DNA of 47,215 bases from the NCBI GenBank assembly GCA_021463485.1, contig JAJTYJ010000001.1, positions 205,932 through 253,146 on the forward strand, given 5' to 3'. A program made the position numbers and the translations under genes. Below are positions 24,229-33,220 of this stretch, in pieces. The DNA is from a bacterium. GTDB lineage: Bacteria; Patescibacteriota; UBA1384; 2-12-FULL-50-11. Every line of letters starts with the position of its first letter. Positions within the stretch are counted from its first letter, which is position 1. The notes under the pieces are model-generated. The model saw only the letters and a program-made list of their open reading frames with translations. It did not search any database and was not told the origin of the DNA.

Positions 24229-25350
24229 ATGGAAAGAAACACTCAGATACCGATTTACTTTTTTATCGGTACGGTCGCAGAATTACTAAAAGTAATGCCG
24301 GTTATACAGGAGCTCCAGAAGCGGCAAGTACCGATTAAGATTATTGCTTCTGGTCAGAATGACATTACTACCAGTGAAGCTCTGGGCTTGATGGGCATAG
24401 AGTCTGTTGATCTTGTGATTTCCAAGGATCGAATTAAGCAAACAGCACTCGGGCTTATTTGGTGGTTCATTAAGACTTTCTTTCGTGCTATACCCGCGAT
24501 GCGGAAGGAGTTCAAGGGCATGAAACGTGGTACTGGGTATGTTTTAGTTCATGGAGATACCGTTTCTACGGTTATGGGAGCAGTTGTTGGTAGGATGCTG
24601 GGAAGAAAAGTCGCCCATTTAGAAGCTGGGTATCGTTCTCGTAACTTTTTGCAGCCATTTCCTGAGGAGATAGATCGGGTTTTAACTTCGTATTTTGCCA
24701 ATGTTCACTTCTGCCCATACGAGGAATTACTGAAAAATGTTGAGAGAAGGGCTGGCGATAAAATTAATACGTTTTATAACACTTTCATTGATAGCTTAGA
24801 TTTCGCAGTAAACCAGCCAACTAAGCCCGAGATTTTAGGCAGGGTTGGCAATCGCAAGTATTTTATTTTTATTCTCCATCGCCAAGAGAACCTCTTTAAC
24901 GAGGATCTAGTTAAGAGAATGATTGCGCTGGTGAGCGAAAAGGCAACAAAAGACCTCGCATGCCTATTTGTCACCCATGAGCATACTCACGAAACACTCG
25001 AACGTTTTGGCTTATTAAGTTTGGTTGAGGGTAACCCTAACATTGTCCTCACCAAGAGACTCCCGTACTTTGAGTTCGTTAAAGTACTCGATAAATCAGA
25101 GTTTCTTATGACAGACGGTGGCGGCAATCAACAGGAAACTTTTTATTTAGGGAAGCCGTGCATTATTCTTCGTAATGTTACGGAGGGGAGCGAAGGTTTA
25201 GGCACTACCACTGTGCTCAGTAAACTTGACCCTAAAGTGATTGATGACTTTATGAAAAATTATAAGAGGTACGCTCAGCCAAGAATTGTTCCCGAGAAAC
25301 GACCTAGTGTTATAGTCGCTGACTACCTCTTGTCTGAACAAGAAAGTTGA
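24229..25350 (+). CDS. UDP-N-acetylglucosamine 2-epimerase-like protein (WecB/WbpI family, divergent)
   Basis: VLVHGDT, VAHLEAGYRS, PFPEEIDR, LHRQEN and TDGGGNQQE motifs. Confidence 0.85.
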   Translation: MERNTQIPIYFFIGTVAELLKVMPVIQELQKRQVPIKIIASGQNDITTSEALGLMGIESVDLVISKDRIKQTALGLIWWFIKTFFRAIPAMRKEFKGMKRGTGYVLVHGDTVSTVMGAVVGRMLGRKVAHLEAGYRSRNFLQPFPEEIDRVLTSYFANVHFCPYEELLKNVERRAGDKINTFYNTFIDSLDFAVNQPTKPEILGRVGNRKYFIFILHRQENLFNEDLVKRMIALVSEKATKDLACLFVTHEHTHETLERFGLLSLVEGNPNIVLTKRLPYFEFVKVLDKSEFLMTDGGGNQQETFYLGKPCIILRNVTEGSEGLGTTTVLSKLDPKVIDDFMKNYKRYAQPRIVPEKRPSVIVADYLLSEQES

Positions 25351-27536
25351 GGGCGAAAGTGATTATTAGATGGCGCAGCCCTCTTTTACCCCTAGTAATA
25401 GTTTTTACTATCTTTATTGCGGTGACACTACTTCGACCAAGTAGTAGATTTTGGTTACAAGAGTTGCAATCCGTTACTGCCCACCATCTAGTTGACGCAG
25501 GAGAGATTAGGGTTCACGAGCTTACTGACTTCCAACAAACTACTTGGGCGCCCTATTTATTCGCTGATAACGAAGTCCGACTCAAGCTACGGCTACCAGA
25601 GCTTCAGAAGCTTGGTCGGGCCGTGATTGTTCTGGACTCAAGACGCGCTGTTGGTAGTCAGATTCAAGCTGCACTCGTTGGAACAGACGGAAAGGTATAT
25701 GCACAAATAAACGGTGAAACGACTAAGCCACTGATTTTTGATTTATTATCACAAGACGTAAGAGTCAGCCAGGTTGACCTAATTGTGTCCGGAACAAGTG
25801 AAACATATATTGAAATCCAGGACATTTTTCTTTTCTCGGCACATGAGCGAAGCTTGGCTGGCTGGTTACTGCACTCCTGGCTGGTATACCCGCGATCATT
25901 GCCCGCTTACTTTTTCTACGCTCTCTTTACACTGTTGGCTGTTGTTATGAGTGGCTTAGTCCTGATCAAAAGATTTGTTCGTGCCACAGAGCCAGTATCG
26001 GGATTGGCTTCGTCCTTTCTGGCTGGTCTGGCGCTTTTAGGAGCCGTGGGATGGTTGACTAGTTATATTCACGCGCAAACTCAGTTCAGCCAGACTTATT
26101 ATTTGACCGCCCTTCTGATTTGGATGATTTTAATTTGGTGGCAAACAGGAGGATTTCTACTACAACTACTTAGAAATACCGATCGTCGGTTAATCTTCAC
26201 ACTAACTGGCTTTCTTGTTATTTTGGTTGGCTGGACCTTTGTATTTGAAGGCGGTATAACAAATCGACTAGCAACCCAACATGATCTCTATTTTGATAAC
26301 TCTACTCGCTACCAAGCCTCGATTCAGCCATATCAGTCGGATCAGGTTCTTCCCTATAATACCGCCAAGCTTTTTTATCACGGGGATGAGCTGCAAGGTG
26401 ATTACGACTCAGTCCTCGGAGCTCAGTTAGTAAAGTCACGACCAGCATTGCTCTCTTGGGCGGCCCAGCCATTTTTTCGCGCATTTGGAGAGCGATTTTT
26501 TATCTTTCAAGCGCTTAGCCTGGGGCTGGTTTCCTTCTTGGTTTTTGCCGCCTACCTCGTAACTGTTAAGTTTTTTGGTCGTCGCCCGGCATTGTTGGCG
26601 TCCACTCTAATCCCTGCAAGCTACTTTCTTATTTATCTCAGTCACCTGATGCAAGTTAAGGCGCTAGCGGTAGTAGTAGTTTCAATTTACTTAGCACTTA
26701 CAGTACAAGCAAAAACAGATGGTAGGAAACTAAACCGAATATTATTACCAGTAGCCGGCGTTGTCGCACTGTTGACACATTATTTCACGATAGTTTTTTT
26801 AATCTCTGGAGCACTCTACTTGTTTGTGACTGCTAAAGACTTGCTAGAGAAAGTACGCTTGGTCTGGCTGGCGCTTGTCTTACCAGCTAGCCTGCTGGCA
26901 ATCTGGTTCTTAGTGGTGGGCGAATCGACTGGGATAGGACTAGTAGGTGATGTTGCTTCTACAAATACGGCCGCCGGTAGCTTCTGGCAAAGTAATTTTT
27001 ACGGCCGCTACCAGAACCTAATTGGCCTATTCCAGACCAATCCGTTTCCAGAAGTATGGAACCGAACCACTGGCTTCTATAAGCTTAACTTGATCGGTAT
27101 GTTTGGGGTCGTGGTAAGTGGGTTGGTATTAATTTCACTACGTGAAGCTAGTCGTAGATTCGGTCGTCTGCTGCTTTGTTTTATTTTAATGCCAATTCTG
27201 CTAATTTTCTTGTCTAATGGCGACTTTCACCTGTTTGGTATCCACATTTATTTTGCGGGATTTCTGCCACTGGTTTTGGGGATTGCGGCGTGGCAACTTT
27301 TTAGCCTATCGGTCGGTTGGCGAAGGCTATGGCTAAGCTTTGCTCTAACGGAGTACTTGTTTATTTTTGTTTACTACTATCAAGACGAGATTTATTTACC
27401 CCTGTTGAAGGGACTTAGTGCCAAACTGCCCCTTGCCTGGGCGTCTGCGGTTGTTTTGGGGCTGGGGCTGGTCGTAATTATCTATAATATCTTTGCAGCC
27501 GCCCAAAACGCACCTGAGACCGAAACAAGATCATGA
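25347..27536 (+). CDS. Large polytopic membrane protein, probably a GT-C fold glycosyltransferase
   Basis: Many TM helices with extracellular loops; SRPALL...F and KFFGRRPALLA segments are ArnT/PMT-like; TTG start overlaps the previous stop. Confidence 0.6.
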   Translation: MRAKVIIRWRSPLLPLVIVFTIFIAVTLLRPSSRFWLQELQSVTAHHLVDAGEIRVHELTDFQQTTWAPYLFADNEVRLKLRLPELQKLGRAVIVLDSRRAVGSQIQAALVGTDGKVYAQINGETTKPLIFDLLSQDVRVSQVDLIVSGTSETYIEIQDIFLFSAHERSLAGWLLHSWLVYPRSLPAYFFYALFTLLAVVMSGLVLIKRFVRATEPVSGLASSFLAGLALLGAVGWLTSYIHAQTQFSQTYYLTALLIWMILIWWQTGGFLLQLLRNTDRRLIFTLTGFLVILVGWTFVFEGGITNRLATQHDLYFDNSTRYQASIQPYQSDQVLPYNTAKLFYHGDELQGDYDSVLGAQLVKSRPALLSWAAQPFFRAFGERFFIFQALSLGLVSFLVFAAYLVTVKFFGRRPALLASTLIPASYFLIYLSHLMQVKALAVVVVSIYLALTVQAKTDGRKLNRILLPVAGVVALLTHYFTIVFLISGALYLFVTAKDLLEKVRLVWLALVLPASLLAIWFLVVGESTGIGLVGDVASTNTAAGSFWQSNFYGRYQNLIGLFQTNPFPEVWNRTTGFYKLNLIGMFGVVVSGLVLISLREASRRFGRLLLCFILMPILLIFLSNGDFHLFGIHIYFAGFLPLVLGIAAWQLFSLSVGWRRLWLSFALTEYLFIFVYYYQDEIYLPLLKGLSAKLPLAWASAVVLGLGLVVIIYNIFAAAQNAPETETRS

Positions 27537-27988
27537 AAATCGCGGACTTAAACGAAAAGTATCTAGACCAACTTATATTGCTCGACATTGATGGAACAAT
27601 TGTTGAGGATGGCGCCGACCAACTGTCAGCGTCTACTGAAAAGATGGTGGCCAACTTAAGGCAGCGGCACCGAGTTTTGCTTGTCACTAACAGTCGTAAC
27701 GATAGACGCAATCAGAAGATAGCCGATCAGACCGGATTGATTTTACTCACAACCCCCCATCGAAAACCGAGTCTTAGAGTCATCGAAGAATTAATTGACT
27801 ATAAGCCGGAAAGTAGTGTGGTCATCGGCGACAAATTTATCACCGATGGTTTATTTGCCCGTAATATTGGAGCAGAGTTTATCCGAGTCGAGAGAGTCCG
27901 AGGCAAAAATGAACCAGTTGTGGTAAGACTAAGCTACTGGCTTGATGATCTGATTTGGCGGATACTTACTTTTAAAAGAAAACCTTAG
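27533..27988 (+). CDS. HAD-superfamily IIIA phosphatase (YqeG-like)
   Basis: LLDIDGTI, LVTNS, HRKP and VVIGDKFITDGLFA motifs. Confidence 0.88.
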   Translation: MKIADLNEKYLDQLILLDIDGTIVEDGADQLSASTEKMVANLRQRHRVLLVTNSRNDRRNQKIADQTGLILLTTPHRKPSLRVIEELIDYKPESSVVIGDKFITDGLFARNIGAEFIRVERVRGKNEPVVVRLSYWLDDLIWRILTFKRKP

Positions 27989-29027
27989 CAAAACGCAATA
28001 TCCCTTGTTTCCAGGGAACTCGGTGGCTGATGCCGGACTTGTTTTCGAACTCTTTAAAATTCTCCAGGTACCACTTGTAATTTCTTATTAGAGCATCTTT
28101 ATTAGAGTACTTGGGTTTGTAGCCGATAACTTTCTCGGCTTTCTCGATAGAGACGAATGAGTCTTTGGCCGCTGTCGCGTACACCCAGGCGTAGAGAGGA
28201 GAAATCTTCAACTTCTCCAAAATCTTGAGGATAGTAATTGCTGGACCGGCGGGAATTGGCTTAATTTTTTTACTAAAGCCAGCGTAGTCAAGAACCGCCT
28301 GATAGTCTTCTTGCATAGTTGTAAACTCCTTGGCGCCTATGTTGAAAACGTCATTAACTTTGATTGTTGGTAATGTGGTGCAAGAGTAGATTGCTTCGCA
28401 AAGATCCTCGACGTCAAGTAGTTGGTAACGGTTCTTGCCGTTGCCCAAAATTGGGAAGCCGTGCTTATCTTTAGCCCAATCGTAAAACAGGGCAAACACA
28501 CCCAGGCGTTCAGGTCCGATAAAGGATTTTGGTCGAATAATTGGTATGCAAAGACCTTTCTTGCGGTAATCCTGACAAATTCCTTCGGCATCTATCTTTG
28601 CCTGACCATAAGGACCCACCCCTACCATGGGGTCAGTTTCGTAAAGCGGATGGTGGTCGGGCACACCATATACAGCGGTTGAAGACGTATAAACAACTCT
28701 CTTAATACCCAGCTTGTGAGCTGCTTCAAGAACGTTTTTTGTTCCGTCAACATCAGTGGTAAAGATATCTTCTTCAGAGTAGAGGGGCAGGGCAGCTGCA
28801 AAGTGGAGAACTACATCACAGTCTTTCATAGATTTCTCGAGGAGTTCTGGGTTACGAATGTCACCAACGATGCTCGTGATTTGATTAATCTCTGGATACT
28901 CAAATTCAGCGATATCGTAGTTGGTGACCTTGTGACCCCTATTAAGCAAGAAACGAATCATATTAATACCTAAGAAGCCTGAGCCACCGGTAACGAAATA
29001 GCGTGTGTTTTGGCTGTTTTTTCTCAT
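27972..29027 (-). CDS. NAD-dependent epimerase/dehydratase (extended SDR)
   Basis: TGGSGFLG, HFAA, SSTAVYG and YGQAK (YxxxK) motifs. Confidence 0.92.
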   Translation of the reverse strand: MRKNSQNTRYFVTGGSGFLGINMIRFLLNRGHKVTNYDIAEFEYPEINQITSIVGDIRNPELLEKSMKDCDVVLHFAAALPLYSEEDIFTTDVDGTKNVLEAAHKLGIKRVVYTSSTAVYGVPDHHPLYETDPMVGVGPYGQAKIDAEGICQDYRKKGLCIPIIRPKSFIGPERLGVFALFYDWAKDKHGFPILGNGKNRYQLLDVEDLCEAIYSCTTLPTIKVNDVFNIGAKEFTTMQEDYQAVLDYAGFSKKIKPIPAGPAITILKILEKLKISPLYAWVYATAAKDSFVSIEKAEKVIGYKPKYSNKDALIRNYKWYLENFKEFENKSGISHRVPWKQGILRFAKVFF

Positions 29028-29094
29028 TTCTAAGACAGGGTAACTCGAGGGGAAGGGAAAATCAATTCGGAGTCCTTGGTGGTGGCTAGGCAGG

Positions 29095-30060
29095 CTAAGT
29101 TATCTCGTTAACATTGACTCTGTAGCGCCGCTCGGCCGTCAACAAAAAAACTGTGCCGATGGCAACAGCAAACCAAAGGGTAGCGGCACGGATCAAAAGA
29201 GTAGCTAATACGGCAATCCCCGTCGGAATATTCAAAAGTTTCAGCAGACCAGTAATTGTTCCTTCAGCAACTCCTAAGCCCCCAGGTAGGAAGGAGGCGG
29301 CGCCAAGAACTGTGGAGAAGGCGTAAACGAACAAAGCGGCTAAAAATCCGTTCTCAAGCCCAAAGCCGAGAAAAATCAGGTACAACCCTAGTCCTTCAAG
29401 CCCCCAGGCCACAACAGAAATTGGGAGCGCTACCAAAGTCACCCTTGGTTGGAGCAAGCTGTATGAGGTATCGTAAATCTCTCTCAAACTAGTCGAGTAT
29501 TGACTTATGATGCTCAGCCTTCCCAGGAAACTCAGAATTCGTTCCCCGAGCGGTCGGTAAACAATAACCGTTAAAATCAGCAGGATTATTAGGCCGACCG
29601 ACCAGACTACCCTTTGCCCGTAAGCGTACCCTAGAACGCCAACAGATGTGAGGAATATCAAAGCAATTAGATCGGTTAGACGGTCGGCAAAGACGATCGG
29701 AGCGGTTTTAGATACCGGTTCGTTGAAGCGCTTTTTCAAGAAGTAGGATTTAACGACTTCTCCTAATTTTCCAGGCGTTATTGATAGCGATAATCCGGAT
29801 AGAAAAATTACTAAAGAATCCATCCTAGGAATATCGATTGCTAGTACCTTCAGATAAAACTGCCACTTCAAGAAGCGAAAAAAATAGTTGATTAACGCCA
29901 GGAGGATAACAGCAGGAAAGAATTTCCAGTTAAAAATTTGAGCCGCTTCACCTAGCCCTTGTGAGCTAGCCCAAACGCTCAGGGCAAGATAGATAATAAG
30001 GGCTAGGACTACGGAGTAGATAACTTTTGTGGCTAAGCTAGGCCTAGAGGTGGATTTCAT
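29095..30060 (-). CDS. Lysylphosphatidylglycerol synthase TM-domain (flippase-like, UPF0104) protein
   Basis: RFLKWQFYL, TPGKLGEVVK, DRLTD, PGGLGVAE and IRAATLWF motifs; start placed at ATG 30060. Confidence 0.88.
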   Translation of the reverse strand: MKSTSRPSLATKVIYSVVLALIIYLALSVWASSQGLGEAAQIFNWKFFPAVILLALINYFFRFLKWQFYLKVLAIDIPRMDSLVIFLSGLSLSITPGKLGEVVKSYFLKKRFNEPVSKTAPIVFADRLTDLIALIFLTSVGVLGYAYGQRVVWSVGLIILLILTVIVYRPLGERILSFLGRLSIISQYSTSLREIYDTSYSLLQPRVTLVALPISVVAWGLEGLGLYLIFLGFGLENGFLAALFVYAFSTVLGAASFLPGGLGVAEGTITGLLKLLNIPTGIAVLATLLIRAATLWFAVAIGTVFLLTAERRYRVNVNEIT

Positions 30061-30931
30061 TAAGTGGTCCCAAGTAAACCAATAGAACAAAAATCAGCCA
30101 GACAATAACACTACCAATCAGTTGTCGATCGCGAGCTATGAGGTTAATTGGATCTCCGCCTTGGTTACGGTTATACAAGAGGAAGAAATAGCGAAAAATA
30201 CCGAAAACTACAATTGGTGTGCTATAAATAAGATTATCGCCTCGAAATCGCTCAACAGTACTTTGGTCGATTGTGTAAAGAGCATAGAAAACAACGCTAA
30301 TACCAGCAGTTAACGCGAGCATCTGGTCAATAAAACCTTCTGTATACTCGGCGATTGATTGGCGGTGGCGATTTCGACCAATACCCTTGCCCAGAACTGA
30401 CATTTCATTTTTTCTTTTTCCAAAAGCAAGAAATAGAGACAAGAAGAAAGTTGTTAATAGGATCCAATGTGACACAGCCACCCCGATGGCAGCTGCTCCA
30501 GCAAAAATTCGAATTACGAAGCCAAAAGCAATGATTAGCACATCAAGGACCGGGATGTTTTTAAGCCCAAAGGAGTAGCCCAGGTTCAAGAACAGGTATA
30601 GCCCTAGTATGTAAAGTATCTTGTAATCGACAAGTAGCGTAAAACTTATCGAACCGACTAGCAATAACCCAATAGTTACCTTGGCAATCGAAGCCGATAC
30701 TGCTCCAGATGCGATCGGTCGCCCCTTCTTTAGGGGATGATGACGGTCTCGGTCGGCGTCCAGTATGTCATTAATGGTATAGACGGCGCTAGCAAGTAAA
30801 CAGAAGGCCAGAAAAGTGAGCGTAGATCTACCGGCAGCTTCAGAGCTAAAAGAAAAAGAAAAAAGGAGAGGGGAAAAAATCAGTAAGTTTTTAATCCAGT
30901 GCTTGAGCCTGAGCAGAAGTAGAAAATCCAT
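30044..30931 (-). CDS. Decaprenyl/polyprenyl-phosphate phosphoribosyltransferase (UbiA family, Rv3806c-like)
   Basis: LRLKHWIKN, YTINDILDADRDRHHPLKKGRPIASG, YSFGLKNIPVLDV, GFVIR, GKRKNE and FGIFRY motifs; start placed at ATG 30931. Confidence 0.92.
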   Translation of the reverse strand: MDFLLLLRLKHWIKNLLIFSPLLFSFSFSSEAAGRSTLTFLAFCLLASAVYTINDILDADRDRHHPLKKGRPIASGAVSASIAKVTIGLLLVGSISFTLLVDYKILYILGLYLFLNLGYSFGLKNIPVLDVLIIAFGFVIRIFAGAAAIGVAVSHWILLTTFFLSLFLAFGKRKNEMSVLGKGIGRNRHRQSIAEYTEGFIDQMLALTAGISVVFYALYTIDQSTVERFRGDNLIYSTPIVVFGIFRYFFLLYNRNQGGDPINLIARDRQLIGSVIVWLIFVLLVYLGPLNEIHL

Positions 30932-32061
30932 TATTTGACCACATTGTGCTCGAGCCGGGGAATAAAAATGTAAGTAAAAGCTGCTAAGGCGATAAACTGG
31001 CTCCAATGGTACTGTTGTTGGTCGAGCCAATTCAGGTTGGCGACGGCGTAAATCAGACCAATGATTGCTAGCCAATGGCTATTTTTGAAGACTAGTTTGA
31101 AGTTCAATTGTAGATAACAGGCAATAACCGCAATCGCCAAAGGTATGCCAAAAGCTATAACGCGACCGCTATCTGTTGCAAAGATTCTTAAGAAGATCAG
31201 TGCTAAAAACAGGTAAAGCGAACTGATTGCCAAGGCTCTATAAAGTCCCTTTTCTTTAATTAGTGCCGTCACGGCAAATCCGTAAACTAACCATAAAAAT
31301 CCGAGAACTTTATACACGGGTATAAAGTCTTTGAAGTAGGTCAATGAGAAACGAATATTATCACTAATTGTCTGGTGTGGCCCGGTGAAAAACGAGTAGT
31401 CGCCGCCCTGAGGGTTAATGCGACCAATAACGTACTGACGGTAAAAAAAGTAAATCACAATGGCGGCAAGACTAAAGATGTAAACCTGACGGCGATCGGA
31501 GCGATAGTTCTGATCGCCTAAATAATTGATAATAAAATACAGAGGTAACAGTAGTAACGCTGACTCTTTATTTAGGAAACCGATAACGACAGTCCCAATG
31601 AAAGCGTAAATATTCTGCCGAATGGCGAAATACAAACTAGCGATCAGCAAAAGGTTCGTTACTGGGTCAATCAGCCAAAAATTTAAAAAGTTATAAAAGG
31701 TAAAGTTATACGTTACTGCCATGGCCAAAGTAGATGCCAAGGCAATTGATGGAGTAACTTTTAAGGGCTTTATTAAAACTAAGTAAAAAAACAGTAAGGA
31801 TAACCAGATAGAGATCGCTGTAATCGTAAACCAACTATTATTAACGTCAAAGCCGATCTTCTGAAGCTGATGAGCAGTAATCGGGGAAAGCTGCCTAAGA
31901 CCGTAAGGATTAGGGACGTCGATGAAAGTATTCTGGCTCATTGAAGCGTATATTGCTGCGTCACCTGGGGTAGGGGGAGCGTTTTTAACAAAAGTACTGT
32001 AACTAATGGCGCTAAATAAACAAACGACTGCCAATATGAGTGCCACCCAACCAATTTTCAT
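30931..32061 (-). CDS. Polytopic membrane protein, probably a GT-C glycosyltransferase
   Basis: GDAAIY after TM1, PYGLRQLSP, IDP and GFLNKES motifs; about 10 TM helices. Confidence 0.65.
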   Translation of the reverse strand: MKIGWVALILAVVCLFSAISYSTFVKNAPPTPGDAAIYASMSQNTFIDVPNPYGLRQLSPITAHQLQKIGFDVNNSWFTITAISIWLSLLFFYLVLIKPLKVTPSIALASTLAMAVTYNFTFYNFLNFWLIDPVTNLLLIASLYFAIRQNIYAFIGTVVIGFLNKESALLLLPLYFIINYLGDQNYRSDRRQVYIFSLAAIVIYFFYRQYVIGRINPQGGDYSFFTGPHQTISDNIRFSLTYFKDFIPVYKVLGFLWLVYGFAVTALIKEKGLYRALAISSLYLFLALIFLRIFATDSGRVIAFGIPLAIAVIACYLQLNFKLVFKNSHWLAIIGLIYAVANLNWLDQQQYHWSQFIALAAFTYIFIPRLEHNVVK

Positions 32062-32068
32062 ATCTGAA

Positions 32069-32097
32069 ATTTTAGCTCTTACCTGTCATTGTGGCAA
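32069..32097 (-). promoter_or_regulatory. Sigma-70 promoter for the GT-C/UbiA/flippase operon, leaderless
   Basis: Minus strand TTGCCA (32097-32092), 17 bp, TAAAAT (32074-32069), 7 nt before ATG 32061. Confidence 0.75.
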
Positions 32098-32170
32098 ATG
32101 TCGATAATTAATTTAATGGATAATCAAAACCAGTTCAACTTCAGGGTAGACGCTGGTAGAATGTCGAGAG

Positions 32171-33220
32171 ATGGAACCGTCCAAAACTGCTAACGCGCAA
32201 GTGACATTAAGTGTGGTTATGCCGACCTTCAATTCTGCTAAGACTTTAGAAGATAGTTTGGTTTCAATTCGTGCTCAAGATTACGGGCAGGATATGATTG
32301 AAATTCTGATAGCTGACGGTGGATCAACTGATGAAACTCGGAGTATCGCTGCTAGGTATGGAGCTACTATCTTGGAGAATAAGCGGCTTCAGCCGGAGTG
32401 TGGCAAGCAGATTGGTATACAAAACGCCAAAGGCAAATATGTTGTTTTTCTCGACTCGGACGAAGTCTTACAACGTCAGGATTCGTTTCGGCGAAAGGTG
32501 GAGTATCTGGAAAAGGGGTCTGTTAAAGCAAAAAATTTTGTGACAGCTGGGCTATTAAACCCCAAAGAGTATCCTGATATTAACGATTATACGAACCGCT
32601 ACGGAGACCCGTTCTCAGCTTACATGTATGGCATCGATGGGGGAGATTATTACTCATCCCTAGAGAAGAGATATAGGATCGTGAGTCGTGAGAGCGACGT
32701 GTTGGTAGTGGAGTTCTCTGAGGATGACTTTCTCCCGATCGTAGACGGTGGCGGGCATATGTTTGATCTGGAATTCATCAAAAAACACGCCAACATCGAT
32801 GACTTAAACACTATCCCTAATATTTTCAATATTGCCGTTAGCCACACTCGGCAGCTGGGAGTATTGCGCGGAGATTTTATTGAACATTACTCGACTGTGA
32901 GTCTAAAAAAATACGTGCAGAAAATCCGTTGGAGAATCATTTCGAATCTATTCTATGCCGATAAAGTTGGAGCAGGGTTTCAAGAGAAGCAAGCGTTTCA
33001 ACCGAAGTGGTTTAAGATAAAAAAATACTTGTTTATTCCCTATTCTCTCAGTTTGATATTGCCCGTTCTGAGAAGTCTTACACTACTTGCTTCACATAGG
33101 AAGCCAGTATACCTTCTACATGGCCCGCTGTCGTTTATCACGGGAATAATGATTCTTTACTATAGCGTGCTGCATGTTATCGGTATTAAGCCGCAGCTTA
33201 GTGCATATGGTAAAAAATAG
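32171..33220 (+). CDS. GT2 family glycosyltransferase
   Basis: SVVMPTFNS, IADGGSTDET and VFLDSDE motifs. Confidence 0.92.
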   Translation: MEPSKTANAQVTLSVVMPTFNSAKTLEDSLVSIRAQDYGQDMIEILIADGGSTDETRSIAARYGATILENKRLQPECGKQIGIQNAKGKYVVFLDSDEVLQRQDSFRRKVEYLEKGSVKAKNFVTAGLLNPKEYPDINDYTNRYGDPFSAYMYGIDGGDYYSSLEKRYRIVSRESDVLVVEFSEDDFLPIVDGGGHMFDLEFIKKHANIDDLNTIPNIFNIAVSHTRQLGVLRGDFIEHYSTVSLKKYVQKIRWRIISNLFYADKVGAGFQEKQAFQPKWFKIKKYLFIPYSLSLILPVLRSLTLLASHRKPVYLLHGPLSFITGIMILYYSVLHVIGIKPQLSAYGKK

